In this document: positions 45,515 through 55,861 of the stretch, piece by piece
How the letters are laid out: the number at the start of each line of letters is the position of its first letter
Numbering within the stretch: position 1 is the stretch's first letter
Source: Pseudomonadota bacterium
GTDB lineage: Bacteria > Desulfobacterota > SM23-61
DNA: 64,000 bases
Reading direction: 5' to 3'
Assembly: GCA_018819135.1 (NCBI GenBank)
Contig: JAHJQK010000075.1
Location: forward strand, 236-64,235
Made by a program: the position numbers and the translations under genes
Notes under the pieces: model-generated
Database searches by the model: none
The model's input: only the letters and a program-made list of their open reading frames with translations
Told to the model about the DNA's origin: nothing

Positions 45515-46450
45515 ATGACTAAACTCTGTAGAATAGGCGTTGCCCTGGGTGGTGGCGGAGCTAGGGGATTGGCTCACCTGGGAGTCCTTTGTGCACTGGA
45601 AAGAGAGGGGATCGCCATCGATTTGCTCGCGGGCACTTCCATGGGAGCTTTGGTTGCGGGGGCGTATGCCTTGTCACCGAAATGCGATTTTGTCATCGAG
45701 CGGTTCCGCCGCTACTTAGAAAGCAAAGAATTCAAAAAGACCAACCCTGAATTCTTGCACGTTCACAACTTTGAAGAATCAGCCAGGTATGAAGGAATCT
45801 TCCAGCGCTTCGCCAGTTTCATCAAAAAGGGAATCTTCTATAGCCAGTCCTTGACCAAACGAGCGCCTGTTTCCGAAGAGAATTTTGCCCAAAACATCAA
45901 TTTTTTACTGGATGACGTGGAAATCCAGCAGACCCAGATTCCCCTGGCGGTCATCGCTTTGGATTTAAAATCAGCCGAGGAAGTGGTTCTGAGGAAAGGG
46001 TCTCTGCGCAAGGCGGTGAGTGCCAGCTGCGCCATCCCGGGAATTCTCCCTCCGGTTAGAATCGATAACCGGGAACTGGTGGACGGCGGCTGGGTCAACC
46101 GCGTTCCGGTTCGCCCGGTCAGAGAAATGGGAGCGGACCTGGTCATTGGGGTTGATGTGGCGGAGGGGCTGGAAGACACGGAGGATTTAAGCACGGGACT
46201 GGGCATCGTTCTGCGAACGAACGAGATCAGCCGTTTTATCTTAAGTCAATTGCAGCTGAAGGAAGCCGACGTGGTCATCTCCCCGGAGGTATCAGGCATT
46301 CATTGGTCCGACTTTGGGCATATGGATGAATGCCTGCGCGCTGGCGAGCAAGCGGCGCGGGAAAAGTTGGAGGAAATTAAAAGTTTGGTAAAGAGGAAAA
46401 AAATAAAGAAGGTCTTTCGTCTCCCTTTCGGGCACTCCGCCATTTCCTGA
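45515..46450 (+). CDS. patatin-like phospholipase
   Basis: GGGGARG, GTSMG (GxSxG) and VDGGWVNRVP (DGG). Confidence 0.85.
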   Translation: MTKLCRIGVALGGGGARGLAHLGVLCALEREGIAIDLLAGTSMGALVAGAYALSPKCDFVIERFRRYLESKEFKKTNPEFLHVHNFEESARYEGIFQRFASFIKKGIFYSQSLTKRAPVSEENFAQNINFLLDDVEIQQTQIPLAVIALDLKSAEEVVLRKGSLRKAVSASCAIPGILPPVRIDNRELVDGGWVNRVPVRPVREMGADLVIGVDVAEGLEDTEDLSTGLGIVLRTNEISRFILSQLQLKEADVVISPEVSGIHWSDFGHMDECLRAGEQAAREKLEEIKSLVKRKKIKKVFRLPFGHSAIS

Positions 46451-46460
46451 TCAATCAAGG

Positions 46461-47477
46461 ATGAATCCGAATATCGCCTTACGCGTGAATTCAAGAGACT
46501 CCCTAAAACGACTGGATGTCTTCCTCTCCCAAAAGAAGACACTTCTCTCTCGAACGCAGATCAAACGGCTGATCGAGAAAGGAAATGTTCAGGTGGGGGG
46601 AAGGAAGGTCAAAGCGGGAATGCGGTTGAAGGAAAATGATGTGGTCACCCTAACCCTTCCCAAGCCCCAGAAGCTGGAGACCCAGGCAGAACCCATCCCG
46701 CTGACCATTCTCTATGAGGATCGCCATCTCATCGTGGTGGACAAACCTGCAGGCATGGTCGTCCATCCGGCGGCTGGAAACTTTTCGGGCACGCTGGTCA
46801 ATGCCCTTCTCCATCACTGCCCCGACCTCTCGGGAATCGGTGGGGTTCTGCGCCCGGGAATTGTCCATCGCTTGGACAAAGACACTTCGGGCGTGCTGGT
46901 GGTGGCGAAAGATGATTTTACGCATCGGGCTTTATCCACTCAATTCAAGGAACATACGCCTCTTCGGAAATACATTGGCATTATCTTTGGCCAGATTCCG
47001 GATGAAGGTCAGATTGAGGCCGTCATTGGCCGTCATCCGACGCACCGCCAGAAGATGTCTGTCCGGCCCAGAAAAGGCAGGGAAGCCCGAACCCATTGGA
47101 AGGTCATGGAGCGCTACCATCACTTTTGCCTGGCGGAATTCCGCTTGCAGACTGGACGAACCCATCAGATCCGGGTTCATCTTTCTTCCCTCGGCCATCC
47201 CATCCTTGGCGATCCCTTATACGGCGGCCGGAAGCGGTTGGTGGCGATTGAACCCTTGCTCCTCCGGCAAGGGCTGCAAAAATTGCGGCGGCAGGCTCTT
47301 CATGCCGGCGCGCTCGGTTTCGTTCATCCGGTTACGGGAGAAAAGTTGATTTTTTCGTCCCCCCTCCCTGGGGACATGGAAGAAGCCATTGCGTTATTGA
47401 AAAAACTGGATGGCGCAGGAGATTTTTTTCCCTCGAGAGAAGAATCGGGGGGCCAAACCTGGGCAACCCGGAGTTAG
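46461..47477 (+). CDS. rluD: RluA-family 23S rRNA pseudouridine synthase (RluD-like)
   Basis: S4-like N-terminus, HRLDKDTSGVLVVAKD and GRTHQIRVH. Confidence 0.85.
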   Translation: MNPNIALRVNSRDSLKRLDVFLSQKKTLLSRTQIKRLIEKGNVQVGGRKVKAGMRLKENDVVTLTLPKPQKLETQAEPIPLTILYEDRHLIVVDKPAGMVVHPAAGNFSGTLVNALLHHCPDLSGIGGVLRPGIVHRLDKDTSGVLVVAKDDFTHRALSTQFKEHTPLRKYIGIIFGQIPDEGQIEAVIGRHPTHRQKMSVRPRKGREARTHWKVMERYHHFCLAEFRLQTGRTHQIRVHLSSLGHPILGDPLYGGRKRLVAIEPLLLRQGLQKLRRQALHAGALGFVHPVTGEKLIFSSPLPGDMEEAIALLKKLDGAGDFFPSREESGGQTWATRS

Positions 47478-47499
47478 AAGGAATAGACCTTTTCTGAAA

Positions 47500-47990
47500 A
47501 AAGGAATCCGCCAAGTGGAATTTCTGCGAATTGAAGAATGGGAAAAAAGGGGTGGGAGCGTCCATGGCTTTGGGAAGAGAGGGGGGGCGGAGGATAAGGT
47601 TTCCAAAAAGATTGGTGGGGTCGTTCCTTGCAGGAAAGGGGTGAACATTTCCCCTTGGTGGCTCTCCGTCAGGTCCACGGGGACAGGGTTGTTGTTTTTG
47701 CCGGGGGGAGCCAGCAACCGGGAGATCTCTGGCGGCAAGAGGGAGACGCTTTAATCACCTGTTTACCGGGATATGCCCTGAGTGTGTTCACCGCCGACTG
47801 TTTACCCGTCCTGCTTTTCGACCCCGTCCAGCAAGCGGTGAGCATCGTTCATGCGGGGTGGAAAGGAACGGCCAAGGCCATTTCCCTTAAGGCAGCCGTA
47901 CGGATACATTTTATTCATACCGGGCCGGAGGGAAAACGCGAGGGAGGCAATTGAACTTCATTGCCTTGAGCAAGAGGGCCAAAAATATTT
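47500..47990 (+). pseudogene. decayed pgeF/YfiH (DUF152, laccase-domain) gene
   Basis: Pieces lie in three frames: ...GGSVHGFGKRGG (frame 1), LRQVHGDRVV...DALIT...FTADCLPVLLFD...HAGWKGT (frame 3), and a short tail in frame 1. The spacing between motifs is shorter than in intact homologues. Confidence 0.6.
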
Positions 47991-47991
47991 C

Positions 47992-48020
47992 TTGACAAGG
48001 AATTGGCCGATTCTTACAAT
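47992..48020 (+). promoter_or_regulatory. near-consensus sigma70 promoter upstream of rho (TTGACA-17 nt-TACAAT)
   Basis: TTGACA 47992-47997, 17-nt spacer, TACAAT 48015-48020. Implies a leader of about 300 nt before rho. Confidence 0.6.
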
Positions 48021-48335
48021 AGAATATAATCCTTCCGCAGGGATTGCCGAAAAAAATCAAAGAATCTGCCTTGAATTCTAATCCAACAAAATCCTTTCTG
48101 GAAACCGACAAGGTTCACATGTGCTCTTTAGAGGTTTCAAAAGGTTCATAAATAAAGCGGTGGAAAAGATATTCATTCGGTCTGGGAGCCTATAGCCTTT
48201 TTCTTCCTTCTTGCTTTCAGCAACTGCAAAAGACCTCCGTCTGCGGAAAATGGCGAGAGCGTTTTACTTCTAACCACTCGTTGGGCAGCCGGGATTGGCG
48301 ATAGTTAAGAACTTATGATTTTTTAAGGAGTGGCA

Positions 48336-49586
48336 ATGAATATTATTGATCTGAAAGAAAAGAAGATCAGTGAGCTGAATAAGTTGGCTCGGCAGCTCAA
48401 CGTCGAGGGTGCCAGCGGGATGCGCAAACAAGATCTCATTTTTGCCATCCTTCAGGCCCAGACCGAGAAGAATGGGCTGATTTATGGGGAGGGAGTTCTG
48501 GAAACCCTGCCAGACGGTTTCGGGTTCCTCCGCTCTCCGGATTTTAATTATTTGCCGGGGCCCGATGATATATATGTTTCGCCTTCTCAGATCCGGCGGT
48601 TTAACTTACGCACCGGAGATACCATTGCCGGTCAGATTCGGCCCCCCAAAGAAGGGGAGCGCTATTTTGCTTTATTAAAAGTCGAAGCAGTAAATTACGA
48701 AGAGCCGGATTTGGCCAGGGAAAAAATTCTCTTCGATAACCTCACTCCCCTCTACCCCAACGCCCGGATTAATTTAGAAGTGGCCGGGGGTAATAACATG
48801 TCCATGCGGGTTATGGACCTTCTGACGCCGATCGGGATGGGGCAGCGCGGTTTGATCGTCAGCCCCCCGCGCGCCGGCAAAACGATGATCCTTCAATCCA
48901 TCGCCAACAGTGTAATCGTCAACCACAAAGATATGGTTCTGATTGTCCTGCTCATCGATGAGCGCCCGGAGGAAGTTACGGACATGCAGCGATCGGTTCA
49001 GGGGGAAGTGATCAGCTCGACCTTTGACGAACCCGCCCAGCGGCATGTCCAGGTGGCCGAAATGGTCCTGGAAAAAGCCAAACGCCTAATCGAACACCAG
49101 AAAGACGTTGTCATCCTTCTCGACAGCATCACCCGTTTAGCCCGGGCTTATAATACGGTTGTCCCCCCCAGCGGCAAGATCCTTTCCGGCGGCGTGGACT
49201 CCAACGCCCTGCACCGACCGAAGCGCTTTTTTGGGGCAGCCCGCAACGTGGAAGAAGGAGGCTCCCTCACCATTATCGCCACAGCCATAATAGATTCCGG
49301 GAGCCGGATGGACGAGGTGATCTTCGAAGAATTCAAAGGGACGGGCAACATGGAAATCGTCCTGGACCGGAAATTAGCCGACCGGCGCATCTTCCCCGCC
49401 ATCGACATCAACAAATCCGGCACGCGGAAAGAAGAACTTCTTCTTTCCTCCCATGAGCTCAACCGGGTATGGATTCTGCGCAAACTTCTCCAGCCCCTGA
49501 ATTCCATCGACGCCATGGAATTTCTCCAGGATAAGATGAAAGGGACCAAGGATAATCAAGAATTTTTGGATTCCATGAGCCGTTAG
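48336..49586 (+). CDS. rho: transcription termination factor Rho
   Basis: N-terminal ...[39 protein letters not shown] (P-loop). AAGGAG SD. Confidence 0.95.
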   Translation: MNIIDLKEKKISELNKLARQLNVEGASGMRKQDLIFAILQAQTEKNGLIYGEGVLETLPDGFGFLRSPDFNYLPGPDDIYVSPSQIRRFNLRTGDTIAGQIRPPKEGERYFALLKVEAVNYEEPDLAREKILFDNLTPLYPNARINLEVAGGNNMSMRVMDLLTPIGMGQRGLIVSPPRAGKTMILQSIANSVIVNHKDMVLIVLLIDERPEEVTDMQRSVQGEVISSTFDEPAQRHVQVAEMVLEKAKRLIEHQKDVVILLDSITRLARAYNTVVPPSGKILSGGVDSNALHRPKRFFGAARNVEEGGSLTIIATAIIDSGSRMDEVIFEEFKGTGNMEIVLDRKLADRRIFPAIDINKSGTRKEELLLSSHELNRVWILRKLLQPLNSIDAMEFLQDKMKGTKDNQEFLDSMSR

Positions 49587-49694
49587 CGAGGAAAAAGAAC
49601 GAAGAACGATGAACCAGGAACAATGAACTATAACGAAAAATTTACACTGTACATCGTATAACGTACATGGTTCATGGTTCCATAGGAGGGTAAA

Positions 49695-49895
49695 ATGAAA
49701 AAAGGGATTCATCCCCAATTTGTCGATGCCGTGATCAAGTGCGCTTGTGGGAGTGAGATTCGCACCAAATCGATCAAGAAAGAAATTTCCGTAGAAATCT
49801 GTTCCCGCTGCCATCCTTTTTTTACCGGCAAGCAGAAGCTGATTGATTCCGCCGGGCGAGTGGAACGTTTTCAGAAGAAATACGGTCTGAAGTAA
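49695..49895 (+). CDS. rpmE: 50S ribosomal protein L31 (Zn-ribbon type)
   Basis: MKKGIHPQF...CACGS...[13 protein letters not shown]. Confidence 0.95.
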   Translation: MKKGIHPQFVDAVIKCACGSEIRTKSIKKEISVEICSRCHPFFTGKQKLIDSAGRVERFQKKYGLK

Positions 49896-49903
49896 ATAGA
49901 GCC

Positions 49904-50854
49904 ATGGCTAAAATTTCTGTCGGCGGCCAAGCGGTTATCGAAGGTGTGATGATGAGGGCGCCCAACGCTCTGGCGATCGCCGTGCGTAAGCCCAGCGGGG
50001 AAGTGGTGGTCAAAGAGGATGTCTGGCGTTCGCTTGCGCAGCGGTATAAATTTTTAAAATGGCCGCTGATTCGAGGTTCGGTTGTTCTCATCGAAACCCT
50101 GATCAACGGCCTGCAGGCCCTTTCTTTTTCAGCGAGCCAGGCCCTGGAAGGGGAAAAAGGGGGGGTAAAGGAAGAAGGTAAGTTGAGCTCATGGACGCTG
50201 GGCCTGGTCATGGCTGCGGCTTTCGGGATCGGGATCCTCTTTTTCATCGTTCTTCCCCACTACCTAACGGGATTCTTAGGCTATTTCTTCCAGCAGGATC
50301 TTGGGGTCGAGAGCCTTTATTTTCATCTGATCGACGGGATCATCAAGGTGCTTTTTTTAATCGGCTATATCTATCTGATCTCTTTCATGCAGGACATCCA
50401 AAGAATTTTCCAGTACCACGGGGCAGAGCATAAGTGTATCTATACTTACGAGGCGGGGGAGGAATTAACGCTGGGCAACGCTCGGAAGTATTCCACTCTC
50501 CACCCCCGTTGCGGCACAGCCTTTCTGCTCATCGTGTTTTTCATTAGTATTGTTTTTTTCTCCGTCATCTTTCCTTTTCTGCCCAAGTTTCCAACCTTGG
50601 GCCAGGGGTTGACCAACCTGATTTACATCGGCATTAAGCTTCCCCTCATCTTTCCCATCGCCGGTTTGGCCTATGAAGTGATCAAACTCAGCGGGAAAAA
50701 GCCAGACCATCCTGCTTTAAAAATCATCATTGCTCCAGGCCTATGGCTGCAGCGGATGACCACCAAGCCCCCCACGGATGATCAAATCGAAATTGCCCTG
50801 CGGGCCCTCCAGGGTGCCCTGAGGCTGGAATCCGGGCAGAAAACGGTTCTTTAA
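49904..50854 (+). CDS. DUF1385-domain membrane protein (commonly upstream of prfA)
   Basis: GGQAVIEGVMMR and YHGAEHK motifs. Confidence 0.8.
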   Translation: MAKISVGGQAVIEGVMMRAPNALAIAVRKPSGEVVVKEDVWRSLAQRYKFLKWPLIRGSVVLIETLINGLQALSFSASQALEGEKGGVKEEGKLSSWTLGLVMAAAFGIGILFFIVLPHYLTGFLGYFFQQDLGVESLYFHLIDGIIKVLFLIGYIYLISFMQDIQRIFQYHGAEHKCIYTYEAGEELTLGNARKYSTLHPRCGTAFLLIVFFISIVFFSVIFPFLPKFPTLGQGLTNLIYIGIKLPLIFPIAGLAYEVIKLSGKKPDHPALKIIIAPGLWLQRMTTKPPTDDQIEIALRALQGALRLESGQKTVL

Positions 50855-50867
50855 ATAAAAATATTTT

Positions 50868-50958
50868 TAGGACACAGATGAACACAGATTTTCAGGATAT
50901 TAAATGCAAAAAATACATAAAACAGTTATCTGCGTTTATCCGTGGAAATCTGTGTCCA
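50868..50958. repeat. MITE-like element (GGACACAGATGAACACAGAT ... ATCTGCGTTTATCCGTGGAAATCTGTGTCC)
   Basis: The arms are imperfect reverse complements built from 10-bp-phased units. Confidence 0.7.
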
Positions 50959-50980
50959 AATTAATTTGAAAAAAGATTTT

Positions 50981-51010
50981 TCTGCGTACATCTGCGAAAA
51001 TCTGCGACCA
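50981..51010 (+). repeat. triplet of 10-bp-phased units TTCTGCGTAC|ATCTGCGAAA|ATCTGCGACC ending 5 nt before the prfA ATG
   Basis: Read directly. Confidence 0.8.
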
Positions 51011-51015
51011 AAGTA

Positions 51016-52086
51016 ATGGCAGACATGTTCCAAAAACTGAATGAAGTTGAGAATCATTACGAAGAGTTGGAAAAGCTCCTCGCTGACCCCAAAGTTTTAG
51101 GGAATCCCAAAGAGATGCAGAAGCTTGCCCGGGAAAGGGCCGGGATCTCCAAACTGGTGGAAACCTACCGCGCTTATAAAAAGGTCGAGGAAGAAATCGA
51201 GGAAAGCCATAACCTGCTTATGGAATCCGATGAAGAAATGAGGGAACTGGCCAGAGCGGAGCTGCAGTCTTTGAAAGAACGGCAGGCGGCCTTGGAGGAA
51301 GAAATCAAGACTCTCCTTTTGCCCCAGGATCCGAAAGACGACAAGAACATTTTTTTAGAAATTCGGGCTGGGACCGGCGGAGAGGAGGCGGCCCTCTTCG
51401 CCGCCGACCTATTTCGTATGTATGCCAAATTCGCCGAGATGAATCGCTGGCGGGTGGAGGTGATGAGTCAGAATCCTACAGGATTGGGGGGTTTTAAGGA
51501 AATCATCGCCCTCATCGAAGGGAAAAAGGTTTACAGTCGCTTGAAGTATGAAAGCGGTGTCCACCGGGTTCAGCGTGTTCCCGTGACCGAATCATCGGGA
51601 CGGATCCATACTTCAGCGGTCACCGTCGCCGTCTTGCCTGAGGCCGACGAAGTGGAAGTGGAGATCAACCCCAACGATCTGCGCATCGACGTCTATCGCT
51701 CTTCAGGGCCCGGAGGGCAGAGCGTGAACACAACGGACTCGGCCGTTCGGATTACCCACATCCTCACGGGCATGGTGGTTACTTGCCAGGATGAGAAATC
51801 CCAGCACAAGAACAAAGCCAAAGCCCTGAAAGTGTTGCGAGCACGCCTGCTTGACCAGTTAATGGAAGAACAGCGCAACGAAATCTCTGAAGAGCGGAAA
51901 AGCCAAGTAGGCAGCGGGGATCGTAGTGAACGCGTGCGTACGTATAACTTCCCGCAGAATCGGATCACAGACCATCGCCTGGGCCTCACCTTGCACCGTT
52001 TAGACAGCGTTCTTGAAGGGGACTTAGCTGAAATGGCGGATGCCCTCAATGCCCATTTTCAGGCCCAGGTCCTGAAATCTCGGTAA
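51016..52086 (+). CDS. prfA: peptide chain release factor 1
   Basis: PVTES (PxT) and [19 protein letters not shown] (GGQ). Confidence 0.95.
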   Translation: MADMFQKLNEVENHYEELEKLLADPKVLGNPKEMQKLARERAGISKLVETYRAYKKVEEEIEESHNLLMESDEEMRELARAELQSLKERQAALEEEIKTLLLPQDPKDDKNIFLEIRAGTGGEEAALFAADLFRMYAKFAEMNRWRVEVMSQNPTGLGGFKEIIALIEGKKVYSRLKYESGVHRVQRVPVTESSGRIHTSAVTVAVLPEADEVEVEINPNDLRIDVYRSSGPGGQSVNTTDSAVRITHILTGMVVTCQDEKSQHKNKAKALKVLRARLLDQLMEEQRNEISEERKSQVGSGDRSERVRTYNFPQNRITDHRLGLTLHRLDSVLEGDLAEMADALNAHFQAQVLKSR

Positions 52087-52103
52087 TTAAGAAGGAAGGG
52101 CCA

Positions 52104-52997
52104 TTGCCCCAGGACACTTGGACGATCCTCAAATTGATCCGCTGGACCGATGAAAGATTTAAGAAAGAAGGACTGCCCGCCCCCCGCCTTGATGCCGAAG
52201 TTCTTCTGGCTGAATCTCTGGGAATGGACCGGGTAGGGCTTTATACCCATTTCGATCAGCCGCTCCAACCCAAGGAGCTGGCCCGATTCAAAAAGCTGAT
52301 CCAAAGGAGGCTAGGGCGTGAACCTTTGGCCTACATCGTCGGCAAGCGCGAATTTTGGTCGCTAACTTTTAAAGTCACTGCGGACGTTCTTGTTCCCCGT
52401 CCGGAGACCGAAGTGTTGGTTGCGGCAGCTCTGCAACTATTGGTCGACGCGGAACGACTAACTCGGAGTTGGCGCATTTTAGAGATCGGTACAGGCAGCG
52501 GCGCGGTCAGTATCGCCCTGGCAAAGGAGCTTCCATCGGCCTCGTTGGTGGCCACGGATCTTTCGGAAAAGGCCCTCGCCATTGCTCGCGAAAACGCCTT
52601 AAAGAATGGAGTCCAAGAACGCATTCAATTTTTACCGGGAGATCTGTTTGATCCTTTGGAGGAAGGGAGTCAATTTGCACTCATCCTGGCCAACCCCCCG
52701 TATATTCCGCGGAGCCATTTTGTATCTTTGGCGCCAGAGGTCCGCGATTTTGAGCCCCGCGTAGCACTGGACGGGGGAAAAGACGGTTTGGCTTTCTTTC
52801 GTCGAGCTCTGCCGAGGGTGGGAAAGTTTCTCCAGCCAGCAGGGTGGTTCCTGGCCGAGATCGGCGCAGGGCAAGGTCCGGAAGTTCGAAAGATTGCCGC
52901 AGAAAACCTGGATCTCGATGCCTTCGATTTTATCCCGGATCTGGCAGGGATCAAGCGGGTATTCAAGGCGCGGAAAAAAATAAAGCGCGGTTCATAA
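52104..52997 (+). CDS. prmC: release-factor glutamine methyltransferase PrmC/HemK (TTG start)
   Basis: ILEIGTGSGAVSIAL and ANPPYIP. Confidence 0.9.
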   Translation: MPQDTWTILKLIRWTDERFKKEGLPAPRLDAEVLLAESLGMDRVGLYTHFDQPLQPKELARFKKLIQRRLGREPLAYIVGKREFWSLTFKVTADVLVPRPETEVLVAAALQLLVDAERLTRSWRILEIGTGSGAVSIALAKELPSASLVATDLSEKALAIARENALKNGVQERIQFLPGDLFDPLEEGSQFALILANPPYIPRSHFVSLAPEVRDFEPRVALDGGKDGLAFFRRALPRVGKFLQPAGWFLAEIGAGQGPEVRKIAAENLDLDAFDFIPDLAGIKRVFKARKKIKRGS

Positions 52998-53080
52998 TCT
53001 TTAGTAACAAAATTTTTTGGGGCGCAGCTTTCCATGATTAGAAGTACAAAAGGCCTAATGCCTATAGCTTTTCATCTTTT

Positions 53081-53110
53081 TCTGCGTTAATCTGCGAAAA
53101 TCTGCGTCCT
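53081..53110 (+). repeat. triplet TCTGCGTTAA|TCTGCGAAAA|TCTGCGTCCT, 30 nt upstream of murA
   Basis: Read directly. Same unit and phase as 50981-51010. Confidence 0.8.
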
Positions 53111-53140
53111 AATTGATTTCATTCTTCCGGAGTGGAGTCT

Positions 53141-54394
53141 ATGGAAAAGATGGTCATTGAAGGAGGCTATCGCCTGGTAGGGCAGATTCCCATCAGCGGG
53201 GCGAAGAACGCTGCCCTGCCGCTTTTTGCGGCCTCTCTTTTGGTGGACGGGTGGAATACGTTACAAAACGTACCGGCCCTGACCGACATTCGAACCATTG
53301 CCAGACTTCTGCGGCAGATGGGCGTCAAGATCGAAGGGGAAAGTGGGACGGTACGCCTGAATGCAGCCGGGGTTCATTCCTGCGAGGCCCCCTACAGTCT
53401 GGTTAAGACCATGCGGGCTTCGGTTTTGGTCCTGGGTCCCTTGGTAGCCAAATGGAAGCGTGCCCGCGTCTCTCTTCCGGGAGGCTGTGCCATCGGTGCC
53501 CGGCCCATCAATCTGCACCTCAAAGGCCTCGAAGCTCTGGGAGCAAAAGTCGAGTTGAAACATGGATACGTGGAAGCCCGGGCCGACCGCCTGAAAGGGG
53601 CTAAAATCTATTTTGACCTTTCCACGGTGACCGGGACAGAAAATATTATGATGGCTGCGACCCTGGCTGAAGGAAGGACCGTTTTAGAAAATGCGGCCAG
53701 TGAGCCCGAAGTGGTAGATCTGGCCAATTTTTTGAATAAAATGGGGGCCAGGATTCAGGGGATAGGAACCGATGTGGTGGTTATTGACGGGGTGGAAGAA
53801 TTAAGGCCAGTGGAGCACGCCATCATGGCCGATCGCATCGAAGCCGGCACTCTTATGGTGGCGGCAGGAATGATGCAAGGCAACGTGAAGCTCCTGAACT
53901 GTGACCTCACCCAGATGGAGGCCGTGGTGGCCAAACTGCGGGAAGCAGGGCTGGAAATATTTGCCGAAGGGGACGGCGTGAAAGTCATCGGGCCGGTTAA
54001 TATCAAGGCGGTGGATGTCAAAACCCTGCCCTATCCGGGATTTCCTACGGATATGCAAGCCCAGATCATGGTCTTAATGTGTTTGGCCAGTGGACTTTCC
54101 GTGATCACGGAGACCGTTTTTGAGAATCGTTTCATGCATGTAAGTGAATTGAAGCGGATGGGGGCAGAGATCCGGGTGGAAGGTCCAAATGCAATTGTCC
54201 GTGGGCGGGCCAACCTCACCGGTGCCCCTGTGATGGCTACGGATTTGCGGGCCAGCGCTTCTTTGGTTTTGGCGGGCTTAGCCGCCGAAGGGACGACGGA
54301 GGTCTCCCGCATTTACCATCTGGACCGGGGATATGAAAAGCTTGACAAAAAGTTAGCCAAGCTCGGGGCGAAAATCACCCGGGTAAAGGATTAA
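53141..54394 (+). CDS. murA: UDP-N-acetylglucosamine 1-carboxyvinyltransferase
   Basis: [27 protein letters not shown]... and the active-site region [11 protein letters not shown]. Confidence 0.95.
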   Translation: MEKMVIEGGYRLVGQIPISGAKNAALPLFAASLLVDGWNTLQNVPALTDIRTIARLLRQMGVKIEGESGTVRLNAAGVHSCEAPYSLVKTMRASVLVLGPLVAKWKRARVSLPGGCAIGARPINLHLKGLEALGAKVELKHGYVEARADRLKGAKIYFDLSTVTGTENIMMAATLAEGRTVLENAASEPEVVDLANFLNKMGARIQGIGTDVVVIDGVEELRPVEHAIMADRIEAGTLMVAAGMMQGNVKLLNCDLTQMEAVVAKLREAGLEIFAEGDGVKVIGPVNIKAVDVKTLPYPGFPTDMQAQIMVLMCLASGLSVITETVFENRFMHVSELKRMGAEIRVEGPNAIVRGRANLTGAPVMATDLRASASLVLAGLAAEGTTEVSRIYHLDRGYEKLDKKLAKLGAKITRVKD

Positions 54395-54398
54395 AACC

Positions 54399-55706
54399 AT
54401 GAGAATCCTCATTTCTGGGGAGAGAGGTTTTGCGCAATTTTTAAAAAAGTTTTCCCGCAGGGGAGAAGCCGAATTGGCCAAGGTGGAAATGCGGGTCCGC
54501 GACATTGTGGCGCAGGTCAAAAAACAGGGAGATCAGGCTCTCCTCCGACTCACCCGAATATATGATGGTTGGACGGCTGCGCCTGAGACTTTGCGCGTCT
54601 CCAGGGGGGAATTTCAAGCCGCGCTGAAAGCGTTGAGCCGGGAAGAAAAAAGAGTCCTGGAATTTGCCGCGGTCCGGATCGAAAGATTCCATTCCCTGCA
54701 AGATCGCCGCTCCTGGTCTTTTGCCGAAGAAGACGGGACCGTCCTCGGGCAAATCGTGCGCCCGGTTGAGACCGTTGGCATCTATGTTCCCGGAGGAAAA
54801 GCGGCCTACCCTTCAAGCGTGTTGATGAATGCCATCCCGGCAAAGGTGGCCGGAGTTTCCAATATCATCATGGCCAGCCCTACCCCCCAGGGTCATATCA
54901 ACCCTGCTGTCCTGGTGGCCGCGCAGATTGCCAGGATCGATGCCGTGTTTAAGATCGGAGGAGCTCAGGCCATCGGGGCGATGGCCTTTGGCACTAAAAT
55001 CATTCCCCAAGTGGATAAGATTGTTGGACCGGGCAATATTTATGTCGCCGCGGCGAAAAGGTTGGTATTCGGGGAAGTGGCCATTGATTCCATCGCCGGG
55101 CCCAGTGAGATTCTGATCATAGCCGATGGCAGCGGCGATCCATCATTTCTGGCGGCTGACCTCATTTCCCAGGCCGAGCATGATGAGCAGGCCTCTGCTG
55201 TCCTGCTGTGCCTTTCCCGCAGATTCGCCGAGAAGGTTCAGCAGGAAATCATCAAGCAAATTTCCGTATTGCCCCGCCGGAAAATTGCCGAACCAGCTCT
55301 AAAAAATTTCGGGGCGATCCTCATTGTGAAAAATCTTTCTGAGGCGGTTAAAATTGCCAATGACCTGGCCCCGGAACATTTAGAGCTGGCTGTGGCCGAC
55401 CCTTTCGGCCTCTTATCCAAGATTGAAAATGCGGGGGCCATCTTCCTGGGTCATATTTCTCCCGAAGCCATTGGGGATTATGTTGCCGGCCCCAATCATG
55501 TGTTGCCCACAGGAGGAACGGCCCGCTTTTCTTCCCCCCTGGGAGTTTATGATTTCCTCAAGCGATCAAGCCTGATCTGCCTTTCACCGGATGGCTTGAA
55601 AAACCTCGCCGATCCAGGAATGCAGTTGGCCCGGATGGAAAACTTAGAGGGGCATCTAAGGTCTATTGCCGTGCGCAAAAAATCGATTGATTCTCCCCGC
55701 CTGTAG
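54399..55706 (+). CDS. hisD: histidinol dehydrogenase
   Basis: 435 aa with SQAEHDEQA and GDYVAGPNHVLPT. Confidence 0.9.
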   Translation: MRILISGERGFAQFLKKFSRRGEAELAKVEMRVRDIVAQVKKQGDQALLRLTRIYDGWTAAPETLRVSRGEFQAALKALSREEKRVLEFAAVRIERFHSLQDRRSWSFAEEDGTVLGQIVRPVETVGIYVPGGKAAYPSSVLMNAIPAKVAGVSNIIMASPTPQGHINPAVLVAAQIARIDAVFKIGGAQAIGAMAFGTKIIPQVDKIVGPGNIYVAAAKRLVFGEVAIDSIAGPSEILIIADGSGDPSFLAADLISQAEHDEQASAVLLCLSRRFAEKVQQEIIKQISVLPRRKIAEPALKNFGAILIVKNLSEAVKIANDLAPEHLELAVADPFGLLSKIENAGAIFLGHISPEAIGDYVAGPNHVLPTGGTARFSSPLGVYDFLKRSSLICLSPDGLKNLADPGMQLARMENLEGHLRSIAVRKKSIDSPRL

Positions 55707-55786
55707 TATTAGACTTCTATTGAGCTTCATCCTCCCCAATCCATAATCCAGAGGATAAGCATGCCAGAAAAAACCAAAACCCCCCA

Positions 55787-55833
55787 AATCTCCCCCTCGC
55801 CCCCCTTTTAAAAAGGGGGGGTTGGGGGGATTT
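55787..55833. terminator. G/C-homopolymer palindrome after hisD (hairpin, possibly bidirectional terminator)
   Basis: AAATCTCCCCCTCGCCCCCCTTTT|AAAAAGGGGGGGTTGGGGGGATTT. Confidence 0.4.
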
Positions 55834-55861
55834 AAATTTGAAAAACAGAAAGGACTAAACT

